A stretch of DNA of 64,000 nt from a virus. Taxonomy: Duplodnaviria; Caudoviricetes. Where the stretch lies: the IMG/VR virus record IMGVR_UViG_3300045747_000505; one strand, given 5' to 3'. A program made the position numbers and the translations under genes. Below are positions 25,811-35,508 of this stretch, piece by piece; within the stretch, counting starts at the first letter, position 1, and each line of letters begins with the position of its first letter. A model generated the notes under the pieces. That model was given only the letters and a program-made list of their open reading frames with translations, was not told the origin of the DNA and did no database searches.

Positions 25811-25886
25811 GGGTCAGTAGCTCAATTGGCAGAGTTCTGGTCTCCAAAACCAGCGGTTCGGGGTTCGAGTCCCTGCTGGCCCGCCA
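25811..25886 (+). tRNA. tRNA-Trp(CCA), second
   Basis: CTGGT-CTCCAAA-ACCAG, CCA. Confidence 0.9.
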
Positions 25887-25958
25887 CGCAACCTGAGAAT
25901 CGTTCAACACAATTTCGGTGCGCGTGATACAATAGAGCATCAACAACAGGCATCCATC

Positions 25959-26585
25959 ATGCAAAGACGCCGTGTCTACATCATCGCTGCCTTACTGATT
26001 GCATTCTCTGCTCTTGGGCTAGGCGTTCTACTTTACAAGTCATCAGGTTCATCCTCGCCGTCGGCTCCAGCAGGCGGCAGCGGTTCATCAGGCGCCGTCG
26101 GGCAACCCGTGCTGATGGTTGCCACAGTGGCAGCCGCCGCACCTCGGGTTGAGGCTCGTTCTGAGCGCCCAACCACACGAGCACGCCCGCTCTCAACTCG
26201 AACCAGCGAACCAGCACCAACCGTTCAGGCGGCTGCGCAAGAGCCAGCGCTGCCTGACGAACCCACGGGCGCCGGCCCAATGTCAATCGACGAGCAGCCT
26301 ACGTTTGCTGGTTCAGGTGGTGGTTGGGGTTCAGGCACGCCGACCAGCGCACCGGTTGAGGGTGGTGGCGGTGCGCCGATGGCTAGCGCTCTCTCCTTTC
26401 AGACGTTCGGTGGTGGTGGCAGCGTCATCAGCTCGCCATCACCTGCGCCGACCATTGACACGCGCAACGGCATTCCACGCACATCGGTTCAGGTTCCGAC
26501 CTCGCCGGTTGATGAGCCGAATCTGGTGTGGTTGATGCTCGCAGGTCTTGGAGCGCTGTCCTTCAAAGCTCGTCGGAACAAGTGA
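25959..26585 (+). CDS. PEP-CTERM-like sorted surface protein
   Basis: N-term TM, S/G/P/A low-complexity body, C-term VDEP-TM(LAGLGAL)-KARRNK. Confidence 0.8.
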   Translation: MQRRRVYIIAALLIAFSALGLGVLLYKSSGSSSPSAPAGGSGSSGAVGQPVLMVATVAAAAPRVEARSERPTTRARPLSTRTSEPAPTVQAAAQEPALPDEPTGAGPMSIDEQPTFAGSGGGWGSGTPTSAPVEGGGGAPMASALSFQTFGGGGSVISSPSPAPTIDTRNGIPRTSVQVPTSPVDEPNLVWLMLAGLGALSFKARRNK

Positions 26586-28649
26586 GTGAAGCAGCTCACA
26601 CCAGTAGCGCTTGCCGTGGCGCTACTTCACAGCACAGCACAGGCTGAACCAGTCGCCCTACGCGCTGTCAACAGCACGGTTGACCAGACAACATCAATCG
26701 TTCGGCTCGAGCTCTCAAAGCAAATCGCGCTGCCAACAGCCTTTACCAGCGATTCGTCAACCGTCGTTGTAGACCTTGACAATGTCAAGAACATTGGCTC
26801 ACGCAAGCTGCTTGTCAACAAGGGCAACCTCAATGAGGTCAACGTTCGCACCAGCGGCGACCGCACGCGCGTCACCATCTCGCTGACCGGACGCTCGAAC
26901 TACGACCTCACCGTTGACGGTGCCTCCATCGTCATCGTGTTCAAGCCGCCATCAGACACTGCCCGCACCAAGGCGTCTGCCGCGATGGTGATTCAACCGA
27001 CCATTGAGTTTCCATCCTCATCGCCGAAGGGCGAGACGCCAGACAAGCTGCTCGCCAACGCGAAGATTGCCTATGAGGCCGGCAACTTTCAAACGGCGCT
27101 TGAGAAGCTGAACGGACTGCTGATTCTGCCACCATCGGCTTCAACGCAAGAGGGTCAAGAGCTGATTGGGCAGGTGCGTGAGCGGCTGAAGCAGCCTGAG
27201 AAGGCGATGGCTGAGTACAAGGCGTTCATCGCGATGTACCCAGACAGCCCAGCCGTGGCGCGCACTCGTCAGCGCCTGCTCGCCCTTGAGATTGCCACAC
27301 CAGACAAGGTCCCAGAGCAGCGCGCTCGCAAGGCGAAGACAGGCAAGGGCAATGACGTCACGGGCAGCGTGGCAACCTACCTCTACGTTGGTGCGGCACC
27401 TGCCAAGGCGCTGACCTGGACAGCAGACCAGCAGGTGCTAATCAACAATGCATCGGCGACTGCGACGTTTCGCGATGACCAATACACAGTCAAGGTCGCC
27501 GGGCGTGGGTCGGTGCTCACCAATCTTCTTGACAGATCCCGTCATCGCAACTCGCTGTCGGTCTTCAACGTCTCGCTCGACGACAGTCTTCACGACTACG
27601 GCGTTCGACTCGGGCGCCAGAACGCCACCGCTGGCATTCTCGGGCGCTTCGATGGCGCCTCTGGTTACTACAATCTGACCGCCGATACGAAGATGCTGTT
27701 CGGCTTCGGCGCTCCGTATCTTAGCTCGCCATCAACTCGTCGAACTGCCAGCATTGGCATCGATTCATCGCTCACCTCCACGCTTGGTGTTCAGGCGTAT
27801 CTCAACAAGCAGAAGGTTGATGGCGTCACAGAGCGCAGCGCTCTTGGACTTGAGGGTCGCTACTTCAATAACGGTCTGTCGCTCACCGGCACCGTTGAGT
27901 ACGATACGCTCTACAAGGTGCTGAACACCTCAATGGTTCAGGGCACTTGGGTCTTCGGCGACAACACGCTCTACTTTCTAGCCGATCGTCGATTGGCGCC
28001 AGCGCTCTTCGCTGAGCGCCTGCTTCAGCTCGACTCAGCGGCTGGACCGCGCTACGGAACTGTTGGCGAAGCCTTTGGAACCTCTGGCTTCTCGCGTGAC
28101 GAGCTCTACGCCTATCTGGCAGCGTCATCGCCAGTCTCGAAGGCGTTCGTGGTAAGCTGGAGCAATCAGATTACGCCAAAGTGGCTTGGTTCAATCAGCG
28201 GTCAAACGACGAACTACTACACGCCATTCAATCAGTCAGTCATTCCAACTGAGGAGCCAATCGCTCCGGTGCAGACGATCAGCTCAATGAAGGGTCTGAA
28301 CGTTCAGCTGCTTGGGTCTGACACGCCGATGAAGGGTGGTTCCATTCATCTGCTCGGCAACTACAGCAAGTCGAAGGAGACGGCGCTTTGGTATACGGCG
28401 CTACTTAGCTCGTTCGCTTGGCGCTCGTCAAAGGTCGACGTGATGCTGAGAACCGACCGAACGATGCGCCAGTTCACGACGATTGGCAGCGTTGGTGGGT
28501 CAGTCCGCCTCAACTACAAGTTCGACTCTGGCATCTCGATTGAAACGCAGTACAGTCTGACGCGCACCACCACCGTCGATGAGCTTATGCTTCTCTCAAC
28601 CATTCTAAATAGTCAGACGTTCTTCATCGGGTTCCGCTATGAAATCTAG
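26586..28649 (+). CDS. AMIN + TPR + outer-membrane beta-barrel (porin-like) protein
   Basis: Signal peptide AQA; PilQ-like AMIN; TPR helices (..YPDSPAVARTRQRL); amphipathic strands ending FFIGFRYEI. Confidence 0.8.
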   Translation: MKQLTPVALAVALLHSTAQAEPVALRAVNSTVDQTTSIVRLELSKQIALPTAFTSDSSTVVVDLDNVKNIGSRKLLVNKGNLNEVNVRTSGDRTRVTISLTGRSNYDLTVDGASIVIVFKPPSDTARTKASAAMVIQPTIEFPSSSPKGETPDKLLANAKIAYEAGNFQTALEKLNGLLILPPSASTQEGQELIGQVRERLKQPEKAMAEYKAFIAMYPDSPAVARTRQRLLALEIATPDKVPEQRARKAKTGKGNDVTGSVATYLYVGAAPAKALTWTADQQVLINNASATATFRDDQYTVKVAGRGSVLTNLLDRSRHRNSLSVFNVSLDDSLHDYGVRLGRQNATAGILGRFDGASGYYNLTADTKMLFGFGAPYLSSPSTRRTASIGIDSSLTSTLGVQAYLNKQKVDGVTERSALGLEGRYFNNGLSLTGTVEYDTLYKVLNTSMVQGTWVFGDNTLYFLADRRLAPALFAERLLQLDSAAGPRYGTVGEAFGTSGFSRDELYAYLAASSPVSKAFVVSWSNQITPKWLGSISGQTTNYYTPFNQSVIPTEEPIAPVQTISSMKGLNVQLLGSDTPMKGGSIHLLGNYSKSKETALWYTALLSSFAWRSSKVDVMLRTDRTMRQFTTIGSVGGSVRLNYKFDSGISIETQYSLTRTTTVDELMLLSTILNSQTFFIGFRYEI

Positions 28650-29322
28650 CCTGCTGCTTGCACTGCTTCTCTTCGCCTCATCCTGCTTCGGCGCCGAGTG
28701 CACGCTCTACGAGAAGACGCACCCAACGTTTCTGCTCGATGGAGCGCACCTCTCCACCGGCAAGTGCAACACCTGCGCCTCGTGCCACAAGGGCGGCGTG
28801 TTCATGGGAACACCACGAACCTGCATCGGGTGCCACAACGGCGACCCAGCTCGAATGACCGTAGGACGCAGCCCCACGCATATTCCAACTGGATTGATTG
28901 ACTGCAACACGTGTCACAAGACGCTTGCCTTCACCATCGGCACTGTGATGAACCACACGGCGGTCACGACCATCCAGTGTCGAGCCTGCCACGACGGCTT
29001 TCACCTTACATCGAACGCGCTTGGCAAACCGTCCAACCACATTCCAGAAATCAACCTGATTGGCGGGTCGACGATGGACTGCAACCTCTGTCACAAGTCA
29101 ACCATCACTTGGACTGGCGCTGTCACGAACCACAACAACACGCCTGGCAATGGCGCTGGCTGGTGCGTTGGCTGTCACCTGCGTGGACAGACTTGGCTGG
29201 GCGCAGGCACTCGAATGTTGCTCAATCATCGCAATAAGACGCCGCCTCCGACGGATTGCTCAATGTCTGGCTGCCATCGCCCACTTGGCAACACGGGAAC
29301 CACCTACAGAAGTTGGGACTGA
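28639..29322 (+). CDS. multiheme cytochrome c (6 CxxCH + 1 CX4CH)
   Basis: Signal peptide; CASCH, CIGCH, CNTCH, CRACH, CNLCH, CVGCH, CSMSGCH. Confidence 0.92.
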   Translation: MKSSLLLALLLFASSCFGAECTLYEKTHPTFLLDGAHLSTGKCNTCASCHKGGVFMGTPRTCIGCHNGDPARMTVGRSPTHIPTGLIDCNTCHKTLAFTIGTVMNHTAVTTIQCRACHDGFHLTSNALGKPSNHIPEINLIGGSTMDCNLCHKSTITWTGAVTNHNNTPGNGAGWCVGCHLRGQTWLGAGTRMLLNHRNKTPPPTDCSMSGCHRPLGNTGTTYRSWD

Positions 29323-29411
29323 ACCTCACTTAATTTAGCTTAATCATGAACCTAAGATAAAATGAGCAGGCTGATAAATACTTAACATCTGTTTACTTCC
29401 TGGAGAACGCC

Positions 29412-30137
29412 ATGTTCCGCAAACTTCTAGCAATCCTCTCACTCGCCGTCTCGAGCCTACTGATGCCTGGCACGGTAGCGCTCGTCTCGCTCGCACCATC
29501 TACCGCGCTGGCGGCGGAGTGCACCCTATACGAGCAATCACATCCAGCGTTTACCCTGGATGGCAGCCACATGTCAACTGGTAAATGCTCGACGTGCGCC
29601 TCGTGCCACCTCTCCGGCATCTTCATCGGCACGCCGAAGACGTGTATCGCCTGTCACAACGGCGACCCGCTTCGCGTGACGGTCGGTCGCTCACCGCAGC
29701 ACATTCCGACAACGGTCATTGACTGCAACAACTGCCACACAACCGGCTCATTCCTGACGAATTTCAACATGAACCACACCGCCGTTGCTGGTCAGCGCTG
29801 CGATACCTGCCACACTGGCACCTTCAAGGCCGTCTACAACGCCGATGGCAAGCCGAACACTCACGTGCCAACCACGTCTGACTGCGGCACCTGCCACCAG
29901 TCGCGTACCGCCTGGGGTGTTCAGCACGAGGTCCTCCACGCTGGCGTCACCACTGGCTGCGTCACCTGCCACGATGGCTCCTACGCCGTTGGCAAGTCGA
30001 ACTACGCTCCTGGCCACCCTCTGACCTCTGACCAGTGCGAGACGTGCCACAGCATCAACGCCAACTTCAAGTGCGCCAGCCTCGGCGACCTCATGAAGAA
30101 CTTCGCGTTCATTCGCAAGGCTTTCAACATCGCCTAA
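29412..30137 (+). CDS. heptaheme cytochrome c
   Basis: Signal peptide; CASCH, CIACH, CNNCH, CDTCH, CGTCH, CVTCH, CETCH; paralog of the previous gene. Confidence 0.92.
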   Translation: MFRKLLAILSLAVSSLLMPGTVALVSLAPSTALAAECTLYEQSHPAFTLDGSHMSTGKCSTCASCHLSGIFIGTPKTCIACHNGDPLRVTVGRSPQHIPTTVIDCNNCHTTGSFLTNFNMNHTAVAGQRCDTCHTGTFKAVYNADGKPNTHVPTTSDCGTCHQSRTAWGVQHEVLHAGVTTGCVTCHDGSYAVGKSNYAPGHPLTSDQCETCHSINANFKCASLGDLMKNFAFIRKAFNIA

Positions 30138-30159
30138 GACGACCACTTCGTCACATCGC

Positions 30160-30184
30160 AAGGGCTCCTTCGGGAGCCCTTTTT
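30160..30184 (+). terminator. rho-independent terminator closing the cytochrome operon
   Basis: AAGGGCTCC-TTCG-GGAGCCCTT + T-run. Confidence 0.85.
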
Positions 30185-30242
30185 GCTGCCCGATGAGGCG
30201 GTGGCTTATAAATACATCATCTACAACTGGCCGGCCAACATA

Positions 30243-30905
30243 ATGAATAAGGAAAAGATCGCGGAGTTTCTCATCGAAATGATGGAAGTGCTGACGATCC
30301 GTCGCATCTCACTCCTGGCTATCCTCGCGACCCTTCTCATTTCCCTTTTCACGGTTTATGAATACCGCAACGCGGTCTTTGCAACGATTTATCGCAGCGC
30401 AGATACAGCCACCATCATCACTTGGGACCTGAGCCAAGAGAGCAAGACACAGCTCGACGGCCTCACGAACATCCCACTAGTCGGCGCAGTCTTTCTACAC
30501 GACGTCAATTTGAAGAAGAACCGTCAAGCCATCAAGTACCAATTTGTCAAGGACAGGGCGATCGCCGAATACCTTGCGCCGCTTGAAGCAGCGCTGCTCC
30601 CACAGGCTCTGTTTGACTACGACTCCAAGAACACCGAGCAGATGGTTTCAATGCTCAACAACGAATTTAGCTGCTCGCCGACGCGCGAAACAATCTTTGG
30701 ACGACAGTTTCCAGATCTTTACAAGCGGTACCCAATGGTCTGCCGCATTGCTGTCCCTCCATTCTTTGGAGAATTTGTCGGGTACGTGTCAGCAGCGCTG
30801 ACACGACAACCCGCAAGGTCAGAGCTTGATGCCCTCAAAATCGAAATGAATCGTCTCGCCATTGAGACGTATTTGAGGGACATTTCGAAAAAGCTCCCAT
30901 CGTAA
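30243..30905 (+). CDS. single-pass membrane protein, paralog A
   Basis: N-term TM; C-term CRIAVPPFFGEFVGYV. Confidence 0.75.
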   Translation: MNKEKIAEFLIEMMEVLTIRRISLLAILATLLISLFTVYEYRNAVFATIYRSADTATIITWDLSQESKTQLDGLTNIPLVGAVFLHDVNLKKNRQAIKYQFVKDRAIAEYLAPLEAALLPQALFDYDSKNTEQMVSMLNNEFSCSPTRETIFGRQFPDLYKRYPMVCRIAVPPFFGEFVGYVSAALTRQPARSELDALKIEMNRLAIETYLRDISKKLPS

Positions 30906-30950
30906 ACACCCAACCACACGCCCATATAGCTATCAGATAGGAATGTACTT

Positions 30951-31622
30951 GTGATTGCCCTGGTCTCTAAGCTGGTCAAGACGATCACCCTCAAGAGCGT
31001 GTTGCTGATTGGCCTATTCGGAATTCTAGCGATGCTCGCTCTGCTAAGCTTCGAGCATCGCGCCGAAATCTTTGGGTCAATCTCTACCAACCGTTCGCAT
31101 CTTACCAATGAAGTCGGTCATGAATTTCTTGTGAGTGAGGAGACGAGAGATCGCATTCGCAACATCGTCGCATCAGACACAACCTATTCTGGGATGGCTG
31201 TGCTCAGCACTGACATTCGATTGAACTCTCGCCGTGTGCTGTTCGTGTTTGACCCAACAGCGCCGAAGGCGAAGATGACGCACCTCATTCAAACGTCTCG
31301 TCTTCCACTCTTCACTCACAATGAAGAAAACAATCGTCAGGTCGTGAAGCTCATCAACGGCGAGTTCTTCTGCGCTCCATACGGCACTTCACAGATTGCT
31401 CAGATGGCGCCAGAGCATATTGGCAGCAACGTCACCATCTGCCGTGCCAGCATTCCACCGTACTACGGCTTCTTCTCAGGCTTCGTAGCGCTGGTGTTGA
31501 AGGTCGATCCAAGCATCGAGCAGCAAGCGCGCATCAAGGAGACTCTTGAGAACCTGGCAACCGAGGTCTACTTTCGCGACGTCATCCCAACTCACAAAAA
31601 GACGTCGTTCGGAGCGCCATAA
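30951..31622 (+). CDS. single-pass membrane protein, paralog B
   Basis: N-term TM; CRASIPPYYGFFSGFV; shared LA.E.Y.RD end. Confidence 0.75.
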   Translation: MIALVSKLVKTITLKSVLLIGLFGILAMLALLSFEHRAEIFGSISTNRSHLTNEVGHEFLVSEETRDRIRNIVASDTTYSGMAVLSTDIRLNSRRVLFVFDPTAPKAKMTHLIQTSRLPLFTHNEENNRQVVKLINGEFFCAPYGTSQIAQMAPEHIGSNVTICRASIPPYYGFFSGFVALVLKVDPSIEQQARIKETLENLATEVYFRDVIPTHKKTSFGAP

Positions 31623-31648
31623 ATAGGCGATACACAGAGGAGACTTGA

Positions 31649-32746
31649 ATGTCGAAGATTGCTATCGTTGGAGCCGGACGACTTGGAACGGCGCTTGCCA
31701 AACTACTGTTGCTTGTATCAGACCATGAGATTGCCCTCATCGACAACGATGAAGCTGCGCTGACCCGCGCTTTCACTCGCTGCTCGAAGATCATTCGCCC
31801 AGAGCATCGCGTCGCCTTCGCACCTGAAATTCCAGTTGAGACGTTCACGGCTTACACGACCGACCAGCTTGAAGCCACGCTGCGCTCAACGCACCCAGAC
31901 ATCGTCGTCTGCGCTGCCGTTGCCGACATCACGTACGCCACGGCAGAGATTGCCAATCGCCTCAGCTGTCACTACCTCGACTTCAACACAGACCCGAATG
32001 TGGCGCAGTCCATTCGGCACCTCTCGGTCGCTCGCCACACCTTTGTGCCGCAGACGGGCCTCGCGCCTGGCCTCATCAACTACGTTGGCCTCGGTCTCGT
32101 GGCTCAGCTTGAGGAGGCACCGGCTTCACTTCAGCTGCGCGTTGGCGTGCTGCCGCAGGTCGCCTTCAGCCCGTCGCAGTTTGCAATGACGAGCCGCGTC
32201 GAGGACCTGGTCGAGTCGTACACGTATCCCTTCAACATCAAGACGCAGGGCAACGAGGAGCTCGTTGCTCCGCTTGACGGCTACGAAACGCTGCTGCTTA
32301 ACGGGACACCATACGAAGCCTTCTACGCCAGCGGTAGCCTCGTTGACCTTGAGTGCTTCAACACGATTCCGAGCGTTGACTTCAAGGCCGTTCGGCCAGT
32401 CGGTCACCTCGACTATCTTCAGAAGCTGCTCTCCAAAGTTGATGGTGATGACGCCATCGAGTTGTTCAAGCAGACCTTCAACACCACGCGCGATGACTTT
32501 ATCATCTTCATTGCACACGCCACCGACGTCAAGGGTCACAGTATCTCATCTGGGCTCGTGTTCTACCCCAGCCTCGACCTGGACATCTCGGCTGACGAGC
32601 TGTGCAATGCGGGAACTGCGTGTGGAATCATTGAAATGATCTTCGCCGAGAAGCTGGAAGCTGGCATTCTGAACGCTTCTCAAATCGACGCGGATGAGCT
32701 GTTTCAAACTCAAGGTGTTCAGCTCATCTTCTACCAATCAGAATAA
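31649..32746 (+). CDS. saccharopine dehydrogenase-family oxidoreductase
   Basis: Rossmann IVGAGRLG; TGLAPGL, LRVGVLPQ. Confidence 0.85.
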   Translation: MSKIAIVGAGRLGTALAKLLLLVSDHEIALIDNDEAALTRAFTRCSKIIRPEHRVAFAPEIPVETFTAYTTDQLEATLRSTHPDIVVCAAVADITYATAEIANRLSCHYLDFNTDPNVAQSIRHLSVARHTFVPQTGLAPGLINYVGLGLVAQLEEAPASLQLRVGVLPQVAFSPSQFAMTSRVEDLVESYTYPFNIKTQGNEELVAPLDGYETLLLNGTPYEAFYASGSLVDLECFNTIPSVDFKAVRPVGHLDYLQKLLSKVDGDDAIELFKQTFNTTRDDFIIFIAHATDVKGHSISSGLVFYPSLDLDISADELCNAGTACGIIEMIFAEKLEAGILNASQIDADELFQTQGVQLIFYQSE

Positions 32747-32790
32747 ATAGGTAAGCGGCGATTCGACCGCAGAACAATCAAGGAGGTCCT

Positions 32791-32910
32791 ATGGACATTT
32801 TCTCACTCACAATCGGCATTGCCGTTGGCGCAGCCTTCGCACCATTCTGGATGATGGTTTGGAAGGGCATCAAGGCAAAGTTCTCAGCTTCAGTTCCGCC
32901 GAAGAAGTAA
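32791..32910 (+). CDS. small membrane protein (39 aa, not in ORF track)
   Basis: AGGAGG RBS; MDIFSLTIGIAVGAAFAPFW... Confidence 0.7.
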   Translation: MDIFSLTIGIAVGAAFAPFWMMVWKGIKAKFSASVPPKK

Positions 32911-33144
32911 GTGAACTCGTTCGCCATCGCCGGCCTCGTCATCTGGGTCGTCTTCGTCATCATCGCCTTGCTGGTGGTGATGGTGAGCGCCGCACCTGGG
33001 TATCGTCGGCGTCGGTCGGATCCGAATTACACCGGCCCAGAACGTCGAGCAAAGCCGGTGTCAAGCGACGTGTTTGAACAACCACTGCTGCGTCGTCACC
33101 CAGACTCAGAGAAAAAGGATACCGAAAATGGACATGACATTTGA
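32911..33144 (+). CDS. small membrane protein
   Basis: N-term TM, basic tail. Confidence 0.55.
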   Translation: MNSFAIAGLVIWVVFVIIALLVVMVSAAPGYRRRRSDPNYTGPERRAKPVSSDVFEQPLLRRHPDSEKKDTENGHDI

Positions 33145-33271
33145 AGTTTTGAATGGCCTGACCTTCGGGCTAGAATATCTCGGTCGCGACGAGGACATTG
33201 ACGAGTCAGCCGTGGTGCTGCACTTTGCCTGCTTCCGTGCCATCCTTTGGCTTGGCGACTACGATAAATAG
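33134..33271 (+). CDS. small hypothetical protein
   Basis: MTFEVLNGLTFGLEY; overlaps the previous stop region. Confidence 0.5.
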   Translation: MTFEVLNGLTFGLEYLGRDEDIDESAVVLHFACFRAILWLGDYDK

Positions 33272-33381
33272 ACCATCGAACTAAAACAGATTTGCGACGG
33301 GACGTCTGTTTGTAACAGCCGTCCCGTTTTTGTTACAGCTCTGCGTGTGCAGAGCGCAAAGAACTAGAGTATAATGACAGC

Positions 33382-33843
33382 ATGACAACCCAACCTAAAG
33401 ATGACGCTGGCTACGAGAAGCGGTCCCGCGCAGGCCTGATCCCATTCATTCGTGATGGGCACGCCGGTGCGATTCAGTATCTCATGATGGTCAGCTCTGA
33501 CCCGAAGTTCGGCGGGCCTCGCCCGATGATCTCGAAGGGCAAGATCGAAGACGGTGAAACGCCAATCGAGGCGGCGAAGCGTGAGGCCGAGGAAGAGCTT
33601 GGCTTTCGCATGCGCAACTCGCGTGGCCTACCATGCCTCGTGTTCGACGGGCGTCAAGAGCTGTACTCAGGCGCCTATCACCTCACGGTGTATGGTGTCG
33701 AGGTTCAAAGTCGCTGGGACTTTGACAAGTGGTGTGACGAGACAGAGTACACCGTGTGGATGTCGTTGGAGGACTTCAAACAGAAAGGCCGGCGTGACCA
33801 CGTGAAGTTCGTGGAGACGCTGGAGCAAATGGTGACGCAATGA
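33382..33843 (+). CDS. NUDIX hydrolase (paralog of 17281)
   Basis: GKIEDGETPIEAAKREAEEELG; shared MVSS..GG.P.ISKG. Confidence 0.9.
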   Translation: MTTQPKDDAGYEKRSRAGLIPFIRDGHAGAIQYLMMVSSDPKFGGPRPMISKGKIEDGETPIEAAKREAEEELGFRMRNSRGLPCLVFDGRQELYSGAYHLTVYGVEVQSRWDFDKWCDETEYTVWMSLEDFKQKGRRDHVKFVETLEQMVTQ

Positions 33844-34436
33844 GCCGAATACTCTCGCTAGACTCGCAAGGCACGCCGAACGAGTGGATCTCACATCAGG
33901 ACGCAATCGTCTATCACGCAAAGTCGCTGGTTGCTTGGCAGCTCGGCGAGGGTGAAGGGGACGTGCTGTTCCGTGGTGGCGACAATCGTATCACTGGCCA
34001 GCAGTCACGCATCGTCACGGCGCCGATCATCGCCATCAAGGGCAAGGCGGCTGCGTCCAAGCGTCAGAAGCCACCGTCGCTGACGAACCCATCGCTGTTT
34101 CAGCGTGACGCTCACATCTGCGCCTACTGTGGCGACAAGTTCAGGTTTGACGACCTGACGCGTGACCACGTGGTTCCGACGTCGCGTGGTGGTCGAGACA
34201 TCTGGACGAACGTCGTCACCGCGTGCTCGCCGTGCAACAACGTCAAGGACAACCGAATGCTCGACGAGTGCGGCATGAAGTTGCTCTACGTTCCGTACGC
34301 ACCGAACCTGGCCGAAGCGCTGATCCTCAGCGGTCGCAACATTCTGGCTTGCCAGATGGAGTATCTCCTCGCCTTCATTCCGAAGGACTCACGAGTCCTC
34401 ACGCAACTGAGGGCTGATCAGGTACGTCTCCACTAG
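33840..34436 (+). CDS. HNH endonuclease (McrA-like)
   Basis: CAYCG..TRDHVVPTSRGG..W.NVVTAC..CNN.K. Confidence 0.9.
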   Translation: MSRILSLDSQGTPNEWISHQDAIVYHAKSLVAWQLGEGEGDVLFRGGDNRITGQQSRIVTAPIIAIKGKAAASKRQKPPSLTNPSLFQRDAHICAYCGDKFRFDDLTRDHVVPTSRGGRDIWTNVVTACSPCNNVKDNRMLDECGMKLLYVPYAPNLAEALILSGRNILACQMEYLLAFIPKDSRVLTQLRADQVRLH

Positions 34437-34959
34437 ATTGACGCTTCCGTTCCCAGCTAAGCAACATGCTCGCCCGCCTTCTGTCTCTTGTTTCTTGAGA
34501 TTGAGGTGGGCGATTCTTGGCCACAAGGCGCATGGTCTCAGAAAAGGTTTCGCCACGATCCTTTCCGACCTTAGCCAAACGCATCTTCTCAAGGGTCTCT
34601 GGTGAGTGGGTCTTTCCGAAGAATGGATTCAACTTGCCGGCTTTGTCATAGACGGTCCCACGCTTGGCGACATTGAGGAGCGTTCCTCCCTCGTCAAGAT
34701 GGCTTCGGCCATACTGATCTATCAGCCCAGCTTCTAGATCAACAGCCTCGGTCTTTGTGAGGTCTGTCCGCAGCACTTCAACTATAGGTTCAAGCCCATC
34801 ATCCACAAGGGATTTTATCCACTTCGTCAGACGAGGACTTGCTGTTGTTCGTCCAAGCTTGATCAACCTAAGATGCGAGTACGGACGATCTGGCGAACCC
34901 TCTCCAACATACCGAACCTGAAAAGTCTTAGGACACTTCAACACGTACAGAACCTTCAT
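34399..34959 (-). mobile_element. GIY-YIG homing endonuclease with NUMOD3
   Basis: LYVLK..RYVGEG..R; NPFFGKTHSPET. Confidence 0.8.
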
Positions 34960-35072
34960 GAGTATAATCCTCCTATGGATCTATTTATCGGAGTATCTGA
35001 AGTCTTTTCAACATCTCGCACGCCCACTAGGTGGGTGAGTGAATAAATAGCTCACCCACTTAAGGACCAACC

Positions 35073-35462
35073 ATGACACTGCTCGCAGAACTCCTCGACC
35101 TTCGTGAAGCCAAGGGCACCATCGTCGTCGCCAAGCTTTGGATCGGCTACATCACCGGCGAAGACGAAGAGTCGATGGCCGGCGAAGAAGCCGATCTGAA
35201 TGTCACCGTCTTCTACGACGCCAAGACGCCGGAAGCTGCTCAGGCTCTTGCTGCCAAGATGGGTGCCGATGATGTCGAGATCGATGATGGCGACTGCTAC
35301 GACGCGCTGAACCACTACGCGCAGAACGGTGCGCCGGCTCGCAAGGGCTACTCGAACCTGCACGGCCCTGCCTACGTCACCAGCGTGAAGATCGCCTCGA
35401 AGGAGCCGAAGCTTGCTCAACGCGTCTTCGCGTTCCATCCGGCTGATCTCGGCTTCGAGTAA
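35073..35462 (+). CDS. late hypothetical protein
   Basis: AATAAATA upstream; MTLLAELLDLREA. Confidence 0.7.
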   Translation: MTLLAELLDLREAKGTIVVAKLWIGYITGEDEESMAGEEADLNVTVFYDAKTPEAAQALAAKMGADDVEIDDGDCYDALNHYAQNGAPARKGYSNLHGPAYVTSVKIASKEPKLAQRVFAFHPADLGFE

Positions 35463-35508
35463 GTCCTTTCGTTCCTGTTCAATTTTGTTTAGAGGTTGGA
35501 GAACCGCT

